A model generated the notes under the pieces. It worked only from the letters and a program-made list of their open reading frames with translations. It was not told the DNA's origin and did no database searches. A stretch of DNA of 61,637 bases, filler included, from Chiloscyllium plagiosum (lineage: Eukaryota), in the NCBI RefSeq assembly GCF_004010195.1. It is 4 parts of 2 records of this genome, joined end to end, with 100 filler letters (N's around TTAATTAATTAA, not from the genome) between each part and the next. Parts side by side here need not be neighbours in the genome. Positions count along the whole stretch, not along the records: positions 1 to 19,111 come from NC_057712.1; 3 more parts are not named here. The stretch is one strand, 5' to 3'. Positions 1 to 12,545 of the stretch are shown piece after piece. A program made the position numbers and the translations under genes. Within the stretch, counting starts at the first letter, position 1. Every line of letters starts with the position of its first letter.

Positions 1-167
1 CTAGCTTATCTCTCCACGCTTCAGGCTCACTGCCTTTATTCCTGATGAAAGGCTTTTGCCCGAAACGTCGATTTCGAAGCTCCTCGGATGCTGCCTGAAC
101 TGCTGTGCTCTTCCAGCACCATTGATCCAGAATCTGGTTTCCAGCATCTGCAGTCATTGTTTTTACC
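1..167 (+). mobile_element. PLE pseudo-LTR (3' end) with hammerhead motif at 42-69
   Basis: Nearly identical to 58076-58225; CTGATGA-A-AGGCTTTTGCCC-GAAAC-GTC, with one stem II mismatch. Confidence 0.85.
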
Positions 168-169
168 TG

Positions 170-2095
170 TAAAGGAAAGTTACCTAGTCATTGAGAAAAG
201 GGGCTGTTTTGCAAAATATAAGTGAGTTGTCCTCTGCCTCTTGCTTGTGGCAGAGGATGATTATTATTGGAGAGATTCCCCCAGTTGTCATAGGGGTCCT
301 GAGGGTAATTTCCATAAGTGCTTCCTTGGTCCCTCCCCGTTGCTCCTTAGGGCAATTCGAGGCCCAATGAAGAGGGTGGCCACGAATAAAGCAGCCTTGG
401 GTTGGGCAGTCACAAGCCCAGTGATATGGGCTGCCACAATTAAAACACCTCTGAGGGGCTGCCTGAGAGGGACACCTCTGCCATGCCCATGACTGTGGCC
501 TTCAAAGGGTGCGGGCCGCTACTCTTAACATACAGGTCTCTTCCTGGACAACAAATTCTGATTTTATGCGGTTTAGAGCTTTGTCTTCGCTCTGATTTTC
601 CACAAAGCCTTAACAGGACGCTGGAGTTGATTCAGATTAGTGTCGACCCAGTCCAGGGTGTTTGTCTTGACCACTGTGGCGACAGAGGGTGGCAGACAGT
701 TTAATAACATGGAGTTATATTGAGCATTGACAGCATGGAAATTCAAAGCTCAATCTCCAGAGGAAGACTCCTAGCACTCTCAGAAGCGTTCAAGGAAATC
801 TTTAACAGACTCCTTACTTTTAGAGCGAAGTTCAAGAATACGAGTAAGATCAATAGGTTTTACCAGTATGGATGAGGATTTGTAAGGGTAAGGATTTGTT
901 GAATAAAGGCCCAAAGGTTCCTGGGCAATGCCGTCATAAACTTTAATTGTGATGTTTAGGAAATCAATGAACTGTTGAGGAGTTTGGTGGCAGTCTGGCG
1001 CATTACTGAGAATAGACAGAATTTCATGGGGCTTCTAGGGACAGTAGACACTGATAGTGGCATTTTGACCTGGAGCACCAGCCCATGGGTTTGACAGTTC
1101 TGACATAGGGAACTTGCCAGATGCAGGTATTTTGTCTCCCGAGTCCTCGGAAGAGGAACTCAGTGGTATTTCTGATCATTGAACAAGTTTTTTTCAGTAG
1201 ATTGGCAAGATTTTGATTTCTGTCAACTGCGAGTGTTCCAAGCAATAGGGTTAGTAAACTGAGGAGGGGGTGGGGGAGCAGGCGTGGCTACAGCAGCAGC
1301 ATATGTCTGAGGGTGAGCTGCAGTTGCCAACCTAACAGGAACCTGAGGAATGGGGGCAAGAGTGGCATTTTTCCAGATGGGAAAAATATAAGGGTCAGCG
1401 GCAGGGAAACAAGGGGGATTTGAGGATTAGGTGGAACAACAGTTTGTTAAGGAGGAGATGGACAGTCCATGGGGAAAGGGTTAGGGCAGGGGCTCTAGAC
1501 TTGCCGATCCGGCAGGGGCTGGAATAATGGCACATTAAGATTCACTTGTGGAATGGGGTGGGGGAGGTGGTGACGATGCAAGTTGCAGGTAGGAACACCA
1601 ATCATCTAAGTCTGAATTTTTGCTGTCTCCTGCGCCCAAACCAAAGCCAACCATTGAATTGCACAGTTTGGTTTGTTTACCAGTCACCGTTGATTTTTCC
1701 TTTTGTTTCTGTTGATGTTTGACTCAAGCACATTCATTTTTGAGGACCTCAATAGAGTTCATGGTACCATCAATAGTTAATGCAGTTCGCAATTTGGTGG
1801 CACTATCCTGCTCTGACAGCAAAACTGATTCTTTGTGGCTTTAATCACAGAATTGCCGCCACAGTCCAATCAATTCTTTTGTTTTAGAGGCCAAGTTTTG
1901 TTGCCAAATCAATTGCTGGGCTAATGTAACCCATTGAATACTTTTAGGGCCACCTAGTGGCCCCTGCTCATCACCCAATGTCTTATTTAAGGCGCCAGAA
2001 AGTTTCCGCAGGCTTTCCGACTTCACCGGATACTTCTCACATCATTTCACCAATAATGAAGACAGATCTTCCGTCTTGTCTATATTACTGTCCAT
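170..2095 (-). pseudogene. gag: Retroviral gag remnant with stops and frameshifts
   Basis: Probable start MDSNIDK at about 2095; ORF 1841..2026 is MA-like; PPPPP segment near 1560; CA/MHR-like segment at 620-1050. Confidence 0.65.
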
Positions 2096-2597
2096 CTTAA
2101 ACAACTTTTCTTTTATGATCCTGACTCAAAACCTTCACTGTCTAATAGCCCGTCAACACACAACAATCTACTGAATTCCGCAAACCCTTCTCAACTTTCC
2201 AAAACCCTTGATAGTCTCGTTATAATGTATCGCGATACTTCCTTATTTCATCTTTCACAGAACAATTTAGGAATCAGTTTAGACAGTGCCAATCTGACTG
2301 AGTCAGAGTCCCTGACTCTAATTACAGGTTCCTGACCTGTTAATGGGATACTCTGGCTCCCAGGAATCCCCAACTCCTTGGGGTCCCCAACCCCTTTCTT
2401 TTGTGAATTCTTACCAGGACCGATCCTTGTCGGGCTGGTCTTAGATGATAGACACCATGGGGCTGAGTCAACCACTACTTGAATGAGAGAAAACCAAACT
2501 GTTCTAAAATACTCACGTCTGTCTGGCCAATTCCTCAACACTCAATAGTGGAGGACTCCAAGCTCTTATACCCCTGTCCACAATCTCTCCGTACCGA

Positions 2598-2615
2598 ATC
2601 CAAGCCACGGCACCA
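2598..2615 (-). promoter_or_regulatory. Primer-binding site complementary to the tRNA-His 3' end
   Basis: Minus strand TGGTGCCGTGGCTTGGAT vs expected TGGTGCCGTGACTCGGAT; both differences give G:U wobble pairs. Confidence 0.85.
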
Positions 2616-2836
2616 GATGAAGATCTCGACCCACAGGAAGGGTCTCTTGGTTCCGCGATTGGTCAATAAACACTAGCAATTTGGTCTGGTTCTGTAAGAT
2701 TTCACACTTCATTCCATCTTGGCTAGGCACAGATTGTCCAGTAACACAGAGGTTAAACATTTCTATGTTCCTTGGAGAAACTGCACACGTGGCTTAAAAC
2801 AAAGACATTTTTATACTTTTCTCAGAGAGGTACAGG

Positions 2837-3012
2837 GTTGAAACTTTATTGCTGGAACAGCACAGCAGGTCAGGCAGGTGAGTCATTCCTGAAGAAGGGC
2901 CTGTGCCCGAAACGTCGAATCTCCTGTTCCCTGGATGCTGCCTGACCTGCTGTGCTGTTCCAGCAATAAAGTTTCAACTTTGATCTCCAGCATCTGCAGA
3001 CCTCACTTTCTC
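2837..3012 (+). mobile_element. ORF-less palindromic PLE-derived insert with 16-bp TSD
   Basis: TSD CTCAGAGAGGTACAGG at 2821-2836 and 3013-3028; perfect ~41-bp inverted repeat flanking a hammerhead core. Confidence 0.85.
2885..2920 (+). ncRNA. Minimal type I hammerhead ribozyme motif (best-formed copy)
   Basis: ATTC-CTGAAGA-A-GGGC ctgt GCCC-GAAAC-GTC-GAAT: stem I ATTC/GAAT, stem II GGGC/GCCC, loopless palindromic stem III ACGT, GUC site. Confidence 0.8.
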
Positions 3013-4299
3013 CTCAGAGAGGTACAGGCCATAATCATATAGCACATTCAAACAATTACTAATCAATTTTAATGAAATGGTTTTACTGAAAGCAACTTAG
3101 CCCAGTGATATTTCCTGGGAAACAAATTTGTTTTCCAACATCCAAGTACTCCTATTACGTGAACCTAATCTCTGCACCTGCACTTGAAGGTCAGTTAGGA
3201 TGGCCAGTAATATCTTGCCTAGTTATTTCTACGTTGTAAAGGATGTATTGTCTGCTAATCTCTGAGACTGTCTGTGGTTAGTTCAGCTTTAACAGGGTTG
3301 TTAATTTGTAGCCTCGAAGCTATTTTGTTACGATGTTTGCATTAAGAAGCCATTTTATTGCTATGTTAGTAAAAGCATATATTAAATGGCTGTTTCTGAC
3401 AACAATTAGTTATTTCAGCCTATATTCAGATTTCAGATCCTCACATATACACAAAAAGGCTGTATCGTATGGGTAATGTCTCATGTAAGTCTGGGAGTTA
3501 AACCTCAGTGGATATATCTCCAGAATATTTAGGATGGGGCTATATAGTGCACATACTGTATCTTGATGAATATATAGGAATTGTCCATAGAGCACAAGTG
3601 ATACGTTCCTATAGGATGTATAGGACTGGGTCTTAAACTATGTATCTAAAGGAGATGTAGGACTGGTGAAAAGATCACATGCTGTGTGATCTGTAGTGAT
3701 CATTAACATAGGGCTGAGCTGTAGACCGTGTGATGTGTCTATTGGATATATAGACTTGTGATGTATTATGAATTTACAGGATATATGTACATAGGGCACA
3801 TGTGTTTTTATAGGATATATGGACTGGGCCACAAAGCAAAGGTGGTCTGGTTAAATATATAAAACTTTAGACTGAAAGCATCAGCAATATATTTCTACGG
3901 GTTATGTATGACTTTGGAGATATTGAACTGGTAATATATATGCTGCATGGGATGAAGTAGTGGTAATGCACTTAATGTATAGTTTATATTTAACCTGTAG
4001 AGGGCACACCTTTTCTGGATGGCGTTTGGCATGTGTAGTATATTTCATATTTTGGATTTGCTGTCATTTCTAAGGATTATGCCTAATTCTGAAGCTACTA
4101 ATTCAAACACATCTGGATGCAGAATTCATTCATGAGAATGGTTCCAAATGTGAGGATCTTGGACGTAGATTGCTGAAATTGGGACGCGTTTCTGAGCAGG
4201 AGGTTGCGAAATGATTATAAAAGGACCTTCACATCTTATAAACCACCCAGGTTGATAGAGCTGTTAAGAAGGCATACAGTGTGTTAGGTTTCATTGGTA

Positions 4300-5063
4300 G
4301 AGTCATAGAGATGTACAGCATGGAAACAGACCCTTTGGTCCAACCTGTCCATGCCGACCAGATATCCCAACCCAATCTAGTCCTACCTGCCAGCAACTGG
4401 CCCATATCCTTCCAAACCCTTCCTATTTATATACTCATCCGAATGCCTTTTAAATATTGCAGTTGTACCAGACTCCACCACTGGCAGCTCATTCCATACA
4501 CGTGCCACCCTCTGTGTGAAAACGTTGCCCCATAGGTGGTTAGCACTGCTGCCTCGCAGCACCAGGGTCCCAGGTTCAATTCCAGCCTCTGGTGACTCTC
4601 TGTGTGGAGTTTGCACATTCTCCCCGTGTCTGTGTGGGTTTCCTCCCACAGTCCAAAGATATGCAGGTTAGGTGAATTGGCCATGCTAAATTGCCCATAG
4701 TGTTAGGTCAATTAGTCAGAGGGAAATGGGCCTGGGTGGGTTACTCTTCGGAGGGTCGGTGTGGACTGGTTGGGCTGAAGGGCCTGTTTCCACACTGTAG
4801 GGAATCCAATCTGTAGGGAATCTAATCTAAATCTTTCCCCCCTCACCCTAAACTTATGCCCTCGAGTTCTGGACACCCCGACCCCAGAGAAAAGACTTTG
4901 TCTATTTATCCTATACATGCCTCTCCTGATTTTGTAAACCTCTTTAAGATCACCCCTCAACCTCTGACGCTCCAGGGAAAACAGCCCCAGCCTGTTCAGC
5001 CTCTCCCTGTAGTTCAAATCCTCCAACCCTGGCAACATCCTTGTAAATCTTTTCTGAACCTTT
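4300..5063 (-). mobile_element. CR1 LINE 3' fragment, split by a SINE and nested in a + strand CR1
   Basis: ORF 4712..5038 gives CR1 ORF2 C-terminus ERLNRLGLFSLERQRLRGDL; CTATGA-type tail at 4300. Confidence 0.85.
4535..4830 (+). mobile_element. tRNA-derived SINE, HE1/V-SINE-like
   Basis: A box GGTGGTTAGC, B box GGTTCAATTCC, central TGTGTGGAGTTTGCACATTCTCCCCGTG domain, CR1-like tail with TCTAA repeats. Confidence 0.8.
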
Positions 5064-5065
5064 TC

Positions 5066-5635
5066 AAGGAGACCAGAATTGGAGCTGCAATATTATGCTG
5101 CAACTATACAAAACGCTAGTGCGGCCACAGTTGGAATATTGTGTACATTCTGGTCGCCATATTTTGGGAAGGATGTGCAGAGGAGATTTACCAGGATGTT
5201 GCCTGGTCTGGAGAGAAGGTCTTATGAGGAAAGGCTGAGAGACTTGGGTCTGTTCTCATTGCAAAGAAGAAGGCGAAGAGGGGATTTGATAGAGACATAC
5301 AAAATGATCAGAGGATTAGATAGGGTCGACAGTGAAAGTCTTTTTCCTAGGATGATGACGTCAGCTTGTACGAGGGGGCATAACTACAAACTGAGGGGTG
5401 ATAGATTTAAGGCAGATGTCAGAGGCAGGTTCTTCACTGAGTGGTATGGGCATGGAATGCCTTGCCTGCCAATGTAGTTAACTCAGCCACATCAGGGAGA
5501 TTTAAACAATCCTTGGATAAGCACATGGATGATTTTGGGATAGTGTAGAGAGATGAGCTGAGAATAGTTCACAGGTCGGCGCAACATCAAGGGCCGAAGG
5601 GCCTGTTTTGTGCTATATTGTTCTATGTTCTATGA
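5066..5635 (+). mobile_element. CR1 LINE 3' fragment (continues 4240-4300)
   Basis: ORF 5079..5477 FWSPY...VQRRFTRMLPGL...RRRRGDLIETYK; TTCTATG tail. Confidence 0.85.
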
Positions 5636-5905
5636 CATAGCAAATGAGGACAAACTGCTCCCACTCATAGAAGAATTGAGAACGAGAGGGCACCAATTTA
5701 AAGTAATTGGCAATTTAAGCAATGGCGACATGAGAGCAAAGTTTATGTTCAGTGAGTGGTTGGAGGGGGCAGGTCAGGTGGATGGTGGCTCATTTGAACC
5801 TTCAAGAGTGAATTTGATTTGTTCCTTTCGAGAGGACAATGTGTAAGGTTACCAAGAGAAGACTGGGGGACTGGCAGGAAATGAGCTGTTAATTTTGAGA
5901 GTCAG

Positions 5906-6001
5906 CCTGCTCCTTGGATGCTGCCTGACCTGCTGTGCTTTTCCAGCACCACTCCAATCTAGACTCTGATCTCCAGTATCTGTAGTCCTCACTTTTACCT
6001 T
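5906..6001 (+). mobile_element. PLE pseudo-LTR tail insert with ~19-bp TSD
   Basis: TGTTAATTTTGAGAG(T/C)CAG at 5887-5905 and 6002-6020; starts just 3' of the hammerhead. Confidence 0.75.
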
Positions 6002-6179
6002 TGTTAATTTTGAGAGCCAGTGCTGAATGGTGTCTTTCTGCCCTGTCAGAGGTCTGGAATAGGACTGAACTGGTATTTGCCGGGCAATAGAAAATTGTAG
6101 TCAATGTGATTGAATTGCTTTATAAGGAGTAACCTCTTCTGGTCAGCACAGAGGGTATCACGGCACATGCAGGGCAAGA

Positions 6180-6390
6180 TTATTAGATTCTCTACAGTGT
6201 GGAAACAGACCCTTCGGCTCAACAAGTCCACACTGCCCCTCCGAAGAGAAACCCACCCAAACCCATTCCCCTACCCTATGTTTACCCCTGACTAACGCAA
6301 CTAACACTGGGCAATTTAGCATGGCCAATTCACCAGACCTGCACACCTTTGGATTGTGGGAGGAAACCGGAGCACCCGGAGGAAACCGTC
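6180..6390 (-). mobile_element. HE1/V-SINE-like 3' half
   Basis: Reverse complement of the family at 4535-4830. Confidence 0.75.
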
Positions 6391-7940
6391 TGAATGTGTA
6401 TAGACATCCAAAACAATACCCTGGTAACTGATTCCAGATGAGTTGGGTGTCCCTGTTACATGTGCGACAGAATGTTCCCTGACAGTTTGGAAAATTTGAA
6501 TTTGAAATGTGGCCCCAGCATTTGTAATTGCAAAAACTGAAAGTGTAATATTTAGGGTTGGGAATGGCTTAAAATAGACAGTCAACGATAGATAAGTATT
6601 TCAAAGACGCAGCAGTTTAGATTGGATTTAATCATAAACAGACAGGGAAGTATACAGCCAGTGATAGTTGAGGTCTGGTCATGGACGCCAGAAGATGATC
6701 AAATCAATGGACAGTTTGTGTCCCTTTTGGAAGCTTGTGAAGGCAGCATCCTACATCCTCCTGGGCCTTCTCTATCTGCTCTGATCTGTCTGCTAATGTG
6801 CACTACTTTCTGATATGAGAGCCCTGCTGCTTGATAAGGGCTTGTAAACAGTAAAATTCACAGAGTTGGTACTTTTATATTGTCAGTCATCTGTTTGAGT
6901 TCAGATATCCGGTTGGTCAGCCCTGCAGTTGAAGTCGCATTCCTCACTTGACTCTTTCTAAACCCACCTGAGGAAGCACACACAGGACGTAACCAGACCA
7001 ACTTTGGGATATCTGAACTGAGAGGAGACTGATATTTCCAGGGACAGAAAAAAAGGTTTCTCTGCCAAGGTGGCCTTACGCTTTGCAGATTGATTCTGAC
7101 TTGTTTTTCATTTTCGTGGAATGTGGTCGGGCTAGTGTTTCTTCCTTTGTCTTTCTGCCAGATCTGCTGAGCTTTTCCGGTGGTTTCTGTTTTGGTTTTT
7201 GATTTCCAACATGTGCAGTTTTTTTTTATTTTTTGTTTTTTTCCCAACCCTAATTGCCCTTAAATTGAGCAGCTTGCCAGGATGTTTCAGCGGGTAGTTA
7301 AGAGTCAACCAGGCCAGATTGCAGTAGAGCACAATTCAAATTTTGCCATCTGCCACAGTGAGATTCAAACCCATTTCTTCATAGCCTGGGCCTGTGGATT
7401 AATGATATTACCATTGTACCAATGCCTTCCCCAGGATGAATATTTGTATAGATTTATATTCCAAAATGTAATGTTTGATGAAGATGCGAATGTTTACTGG
7501 GATGTACTTGTGTGTCTGCGACAATGTCAGTCTGCAGGGAATGTGGTCATTATGTTGAAGAGGTGCTGGTCGCTGGGCAAGACATCCCAACACTGTGGGC
7601 TCCTGGATTTGCAGCACTTCATAGCAGCTGGTGGAATAACAAGTAAGTTGATGAAAATTTTGGAATTTTTGGTGTTTTTATGAAAACACCTCTGGTTCAC
7701 TAATGTCTGACAAGGAACAAAATTTGTTGTCCTTACCACAAGTCTGTAATGTCCAGGTAATACAGACCACTGGCAATTCCCATGTCCGCTCTTAGTCACT
7801 GTCTGAATTAGCCGAGCAAACGACTCAATTCAATGGCAGAGATATGCAACTAATTCCAGGATTGACAGTATCAATGCAAAAAAAATTGATGAAAGTCCTC
7901 AATTTCAGGGAAGCGTCAGATGTGGTGAGAGTGTGGAGGG

Positions 7941-7997
7941 ATGAGGAACAGAGGTGAACATCTGGGAGATCCTCGACTGAAGCACAGAGTTAAACAG
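7941..7997 (+). CDS. NVL: NVL coding exon 1 (MRNRGEHLGDPRLKHRVKQ)
   Basis: ATG at 7941 with in-frame upstream TGA at 7926; 19 codons resembling the vertebrate NVL N-terminus (D..LK.RV.Q); donor CAG|GTACAT, phase 0 matching the next exon. Confidence 0.85.
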
Positions 7998-8326
7998 GTA
8001 CATGGAGAGGATAGGGAGACTGACAGCCCGGGAGGAGGAGGAGATTGAGCCTGAGAGGCAACTGGGGTCAAAGGTCAATGACACAGGTTGGGTCAGGGGC
8101 GTATGGGGAGGCTGGGCTGAGGGAGCTGCATTGCTGGGGGATGGGGGAAAGCTGGGTCATTGGGGGCGGCTGGCGGAGGGGAAGTCGGGCGGCAGGACCA
8201 AGGGAAGGCTGGGAAGATGCTGCGGGCCTGGATTGAGGGTGATGACTATTTTCTGTGTTAGTAATTTAATATTCCCCCATTCTCTCTTCCCCACCCCACT
8301 ATCCCTCTTTTGGGACTCTCTCTCAG

Positions 8327-8397
8327 TATCTCCGAAATAGCAGGGATCGGTATGTGGATATTGGAATTCTGGCTGCAGATCTCCAGCGGTTGTATAG
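8327..8397 (+). CDS. NVL: NVL coding exon 2 (YLRNSRDRYVDIGILAADLQRLYS)
   Basis: Pyrimidine tract + CAG acceptor, AG|GTGAGG donor; matches NVL N-terminal domain motif YVDIG.LA.DLQR.YS. Confidence 0.93.
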
Positions 8398-8957
8398 GTG
8401 AGGCCTGTCCCCATCCGATTCCCCTGAAGTTTACTGGAGGCTATTTTCTCTGTGTGGCTGTGGAGATTCTGAATACGCGAGTCTCTTTCTCTGGGAAGAG
8501 GAAACCTGGTCTGGCTGTCAGTGCTAGTTCTTCCCTAGTTCTTCCTGCATCCTGCCTTTCCCAGTGATTCTCAGACATGTTGGTGGGCAAGTGATGAAGA
8601 TACTCTGCAGTTCTTGGTTGATTTTTGTGTCATTCAGGATCAATCTTCCCCCCATACCTTGGTCCTTTTTATTCTCTCTCTGTGTTACCCTTTTGCCTTT
8701 TGGGACTGAGCTGAGGAACTTCACTCGTGGCTCTGAATCTTTTACATTGCCTTTACCAGAGACACTCAATTATTGAGCTTTTCAAAATTAATTCTGTATA
8801 TCTTATGCAATTAAGTGATCTCTGGATAGTGGAGTAAAGTGAAATGACAGCTGAAGATCAGCCCTGATCATGGTGAATGACAGAATAGGCTGAAGGCACT
8901 GAATGTCATTCCTGGATCTTATTCCTTGTGATTTTCCTCCACCAGTAAGATATTAGA

Positions 8958-11900
8958 TTCATACACACAGAGTTGTATAGCACAGAAACAGACTCTTTGG
9001 TCCACGCTGACCTGATATCTAGTCCCGTTTGCGAGCAGTTGGCCCATATCCCTTGAAACACTTGCTATTCCAATACCCACCCAGATGCCTTTTAAATGTC
9101 GCAACTGTACCAGCCTCCACCACTTCCTCTGGCAACTCGTTCCACACACTCACCACCCTCTGTGTGAAAAAGTTGTTTTTCCCCTCACATTAAACCTATG
9201 CCCTCTAGTTCTGGACTCCCCCAGTCCAGGGAAAAGACCTTGTTTATTTACCCTATCAATGCCCATCATGATTTAATAAACCTCTATACGATCACCCCTC
9301 AGCCTCTGATGCTCCAGGGAAAATAGCCCCAGTCTATTCAGCCTCCCCCTATAGCTCAAGCCTTCCAACCCTAGCAACACCCTTGTAAATCTTTCCTGAA
9401 CCCTTCCAAGTTTGACAACATCCTTTGATAGGAGGGAGAGCAGAAATTGAACGCAGTATTCCAAAGTGGTCTAACCAGTACTATGTTGCTGCTGTTCTGA
9501 ATAGCAGCAACATAACCTCCCAACTTCTATACTCTGTGCTCTGAGCAATAAAGGAAAGCATACCAAACGCCGCCTTCACTATCCTATCTACCTGCGACTC
9601 CACTTTCAAGGAGCTATGAACCTGCACTCCAAGGTCCCTTTGTTCAGCAACACTCCCTAGGACCTTACCATTAACTGTAGAAGTCCTGCTAAGGTTTGCT
9701 TTCCCAAAATGCAGCACCTCGCATTTCTCTAAATTAAACTCCACTTACCAGTGCTTGGGCTATTGGCCCATCTGATCAAGATCCTGCTGTACTCTGAGGT
9801 AATCATCTTTGCTGTCCACTGCGCCTCCCAATTTTGGTGTCATCTGCAAACTTACTAACTATACCTTCTATGTTCACATTCCAAATCACTTAAATAAATG
9901 ACGAAAAATAGTGAACCCAGCACCAATCCTTGTGGCACATCACTGCTCACAGGGCCCCAGTCTGAAAAACAAACCTTCACCACCACCACCCACTGCCTTC
10001 TACCTTTGAGCCAGGTCTGTTTCCAAATGGCTAGTTCTCCCTGATCTAACCTTGCTAACCAGTCTACCTTGAGAAACCCTGTTGAACGCCTTACTGAAGT
10101 CTATATAGATCATGTCCACCATTCTGTGCTCAATAATCCTCTTTGTTACTTACAAAAAAAACTCAATTAAGTTAGTGAGACACAGTTTCCCATTCACAAA
10201 GCCATGTTGACTATCCCTAATTAGCCTTTCCAAATAAATATAAATTGTGTCCCTTAGGAGTCCCCCCAACAACTCGCCCATCACTGATGTCAGGCTCACT
10301 GGCCTGTAGTCTCCTGGCTTTTCTTGACCACCTCCCTTAAATGGCACCATATTAGCCAATCTCCAGTCTTCTGGCACCTCGCCTGTGATCCAAATATCTC
10401 CGCAAAGGGCCCAACAATCACTTCCCTAGTTTCCCACAGAGTTCTAAGGTACACCTGATCAGGTCCCGGGGATTTATCCACCTTTACGCATTTTAAGCCA
10501 TCCAGCATTTATATGAGCATTTCATAAGATATTGCTATAATTTTTCCCCATTTCTATGTCTCCCATATCCTTCTCCACAATAAACACTGATGCAAAATAC
10601 TCATTTAATATCTCCCCCATTTCATGTGGTTTCACACAGAGGTGGCTGTGCTGATCCTTAAGGGGCCCTATTCTTGCCTTAGTTGCCCTTTTATCCTTAA
10701 ATATATTTGTAGAATCCCTATGGATTCTCCTTATCCCTTATTAATCAAAGCTATCTCATGTCTCTTTTTGTCCTCCCAATTTCCCTCTTGTATACTCCTA
10801 CTGCCTTTAAACTCTTCTAGGGATTCACTCTATCTCTGTTGTCTATACCTGACATATGCTTCCTTTTTTTTTGACCAAAATCTCAATTTCCCTAGTCATC
10901 CAGCATTCCCTACACCTACCAGTCTTGTCCTTCACCCTAACAAGAACATAGTGTCCCTGGATTCTCGTTATCTTATTTTTGAAGACTTCCTAGTTTCCAG
11001 ATATCCTTTTACCTGCAAACATCTGCCCCCAGTTAACTTGAAAGTTCTTGCCTAATACCTTCAAAATTGGCCTTCCTCCAATTTAGAAATTTAATTTTTA
11101 GATTCAGTCTATTCTTTTCCATCACTACTTTGAAACTAATAGAATTACTGTCAGTGGTCCCAAAATGCTTCCCTACTGACACCTCAGTTGCAGTGTGGAG
11201 GAACAGAAGGATCTGGGAGTGCAAGTACATAGATCCCTCAAAGTTGCCACCCAAGTGGATAGGATTGTTAAGAAAGCATATAGTGTTTTGGCTTTCATCA
11301 ACAGGGGAATAGAGTTTAAGAGCCACGAGGTTTTGCTGCAGCTCGACAAGTCCCTGGTGAGACCACACTTGGAATATTGTGTCCAGTTCTGGTCGCCCTA
11401 CTATAGGAAAGATACAGAGGCTTTGGAAAGGGTGCAAAGAAGGTTTACCAGGATGCTGCCTGGACTGGAGGGCTTGCCTTATGAAGAAAGGTTGAATAGG
11501 CTCGGACTTTTCTCTCTGGAGAGAAGGAGAATGAGAGGAGACCTGATAAAGGTGTACAAAATAATGAGAGGAATAGATAGAGTCAATAGCCAGAGACTTT
11601 TCCCCAGGGCAGGATTGACTGGTACGAGAAGTCTTAGTTTGAAAATATTAGGAGGAAGGTACAAAGGAGATGTCAGAGGTAGGTTTTTTTTGCACAGAGA
11701 GTTGTGAATGTATGGAATGGGTTGCTAGCGGTGGTGGTGGAAGCAGAGTCATTGGGACATTTAAGCGAATGCTGGCCTTGCACATGGATAGCAGTGAGTT
11801 GAGGAATGCATAGGTTGTTACTATATTTTACATTAGGATTAAATCTCGGCACAACATCGTGGGCCAAAGGGTCTGTTCTGTGCTGTACTTTTCTATGTTA

Positions 11901-12545
11901 CCTGCCCTGCTTTATTTCCCAAGAGTAGGTGAAATTTTGCATCAGCTCTAGTAGGTACATCTGCATTCTGAATCAGAAAATTTTCTTGTGCACACTTAAC
12001 AAATTCCTGTCCATCCAAGCCCTTAATATTATGGCAACTCCCTGGATTCTCGTTATCTTATTTTTGAAGACAATCTATTTTTGGAAAGTTAAAATTCCCT
12101 ACCATAACCACCCTATTGTTCTTGCAGATAACAGATCTCATTACAAATTTGTTTCTCAATTTCCCTCTGATAATTAGGAGGTCTACAATACAATCCTAAT
12201 AAAGTGATCATCCCTTTCTTATTTTCAGTTCTACCCAAATCATTTCCCTGGATGTATTCACAGGAATATCCTCCCTAAGTACAGACGTAATGTTATCTCT
12301 AATCATAAACACCATTCCCCTACTCTCTTGAATCTCCCTTTCTATCTTTCCTACGGTAACAATATGCTGCCAGTCCTGTCCATCCCTGAACCACGTTTCT
12401 GTAAGTGCTATGATATCCCAGTCCCATGTTCCTAACCATGCCCTGAGTTCATCTGCCTTCTCGGTTAGACCTCTTGCTCTGCTTTGAAATAAATGTATTT
12501 TAATTCATCAGGTCCTACCTCGTTCTCTGCTTTGTTCCTGTTACT
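8958..12545 (-). mobile_element. Long decayed CR1 LINE (endonuclease, RT, 3' end), interrupted at about 11190-11900
   Basis: ORFs 9481..9744, 10150..10377 (PEDWRLAN...YRPVSLTS...QHGF) and 10296..10508 (KSPGPD). Confidence 0.85.
11190..11900 (+). mobile_element. Younger CR1 3' fragment nested in the - strand CR1
   Basis: Open 170-aa ORF 11195..11707 (LVRPHLEYCVQFWSPY...RRMRGDLI). Confidence 0.88.

Larger units (their letters stand above)
168..4231 (-). mobile_element. Decayed endogenous retrovirus, 5' part: LTR, PBS, leader and gag; cut at the left by a PLE
   Basis: LTR end ...ATCTTCA, 2-nt spacer, tRNA-His PBS; downstream broken frames give gag-like MA, Pro-rich and capsid MHR-like KPIDLTRILELRSKSKESVKDFLERF (about 783-861). 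Confidence 0.75.
2618..4231 (-). mobile_element. ERV 5' LTR (U3 end uncertain)
   Basis: Ends in CA next to the PBS; TATAAAA on - near 2808-2815; candidate other end TGAAGGTC at 4231 is an imperfect inverted repeat of the U5 end; degenerate AT-rich repeats at about 3420-3960. Confidence 0.5.

Noticed and set aside
2596..2615. tRNA-His gene
   Set aside because: Only the 3' ~20 nt including CCA match, and they abut an LTR end, so this is a PBS
4535..4600. tRNA gene
   Set aside because: A and B boxes belong to a SINE head followed by a SINE body and tail
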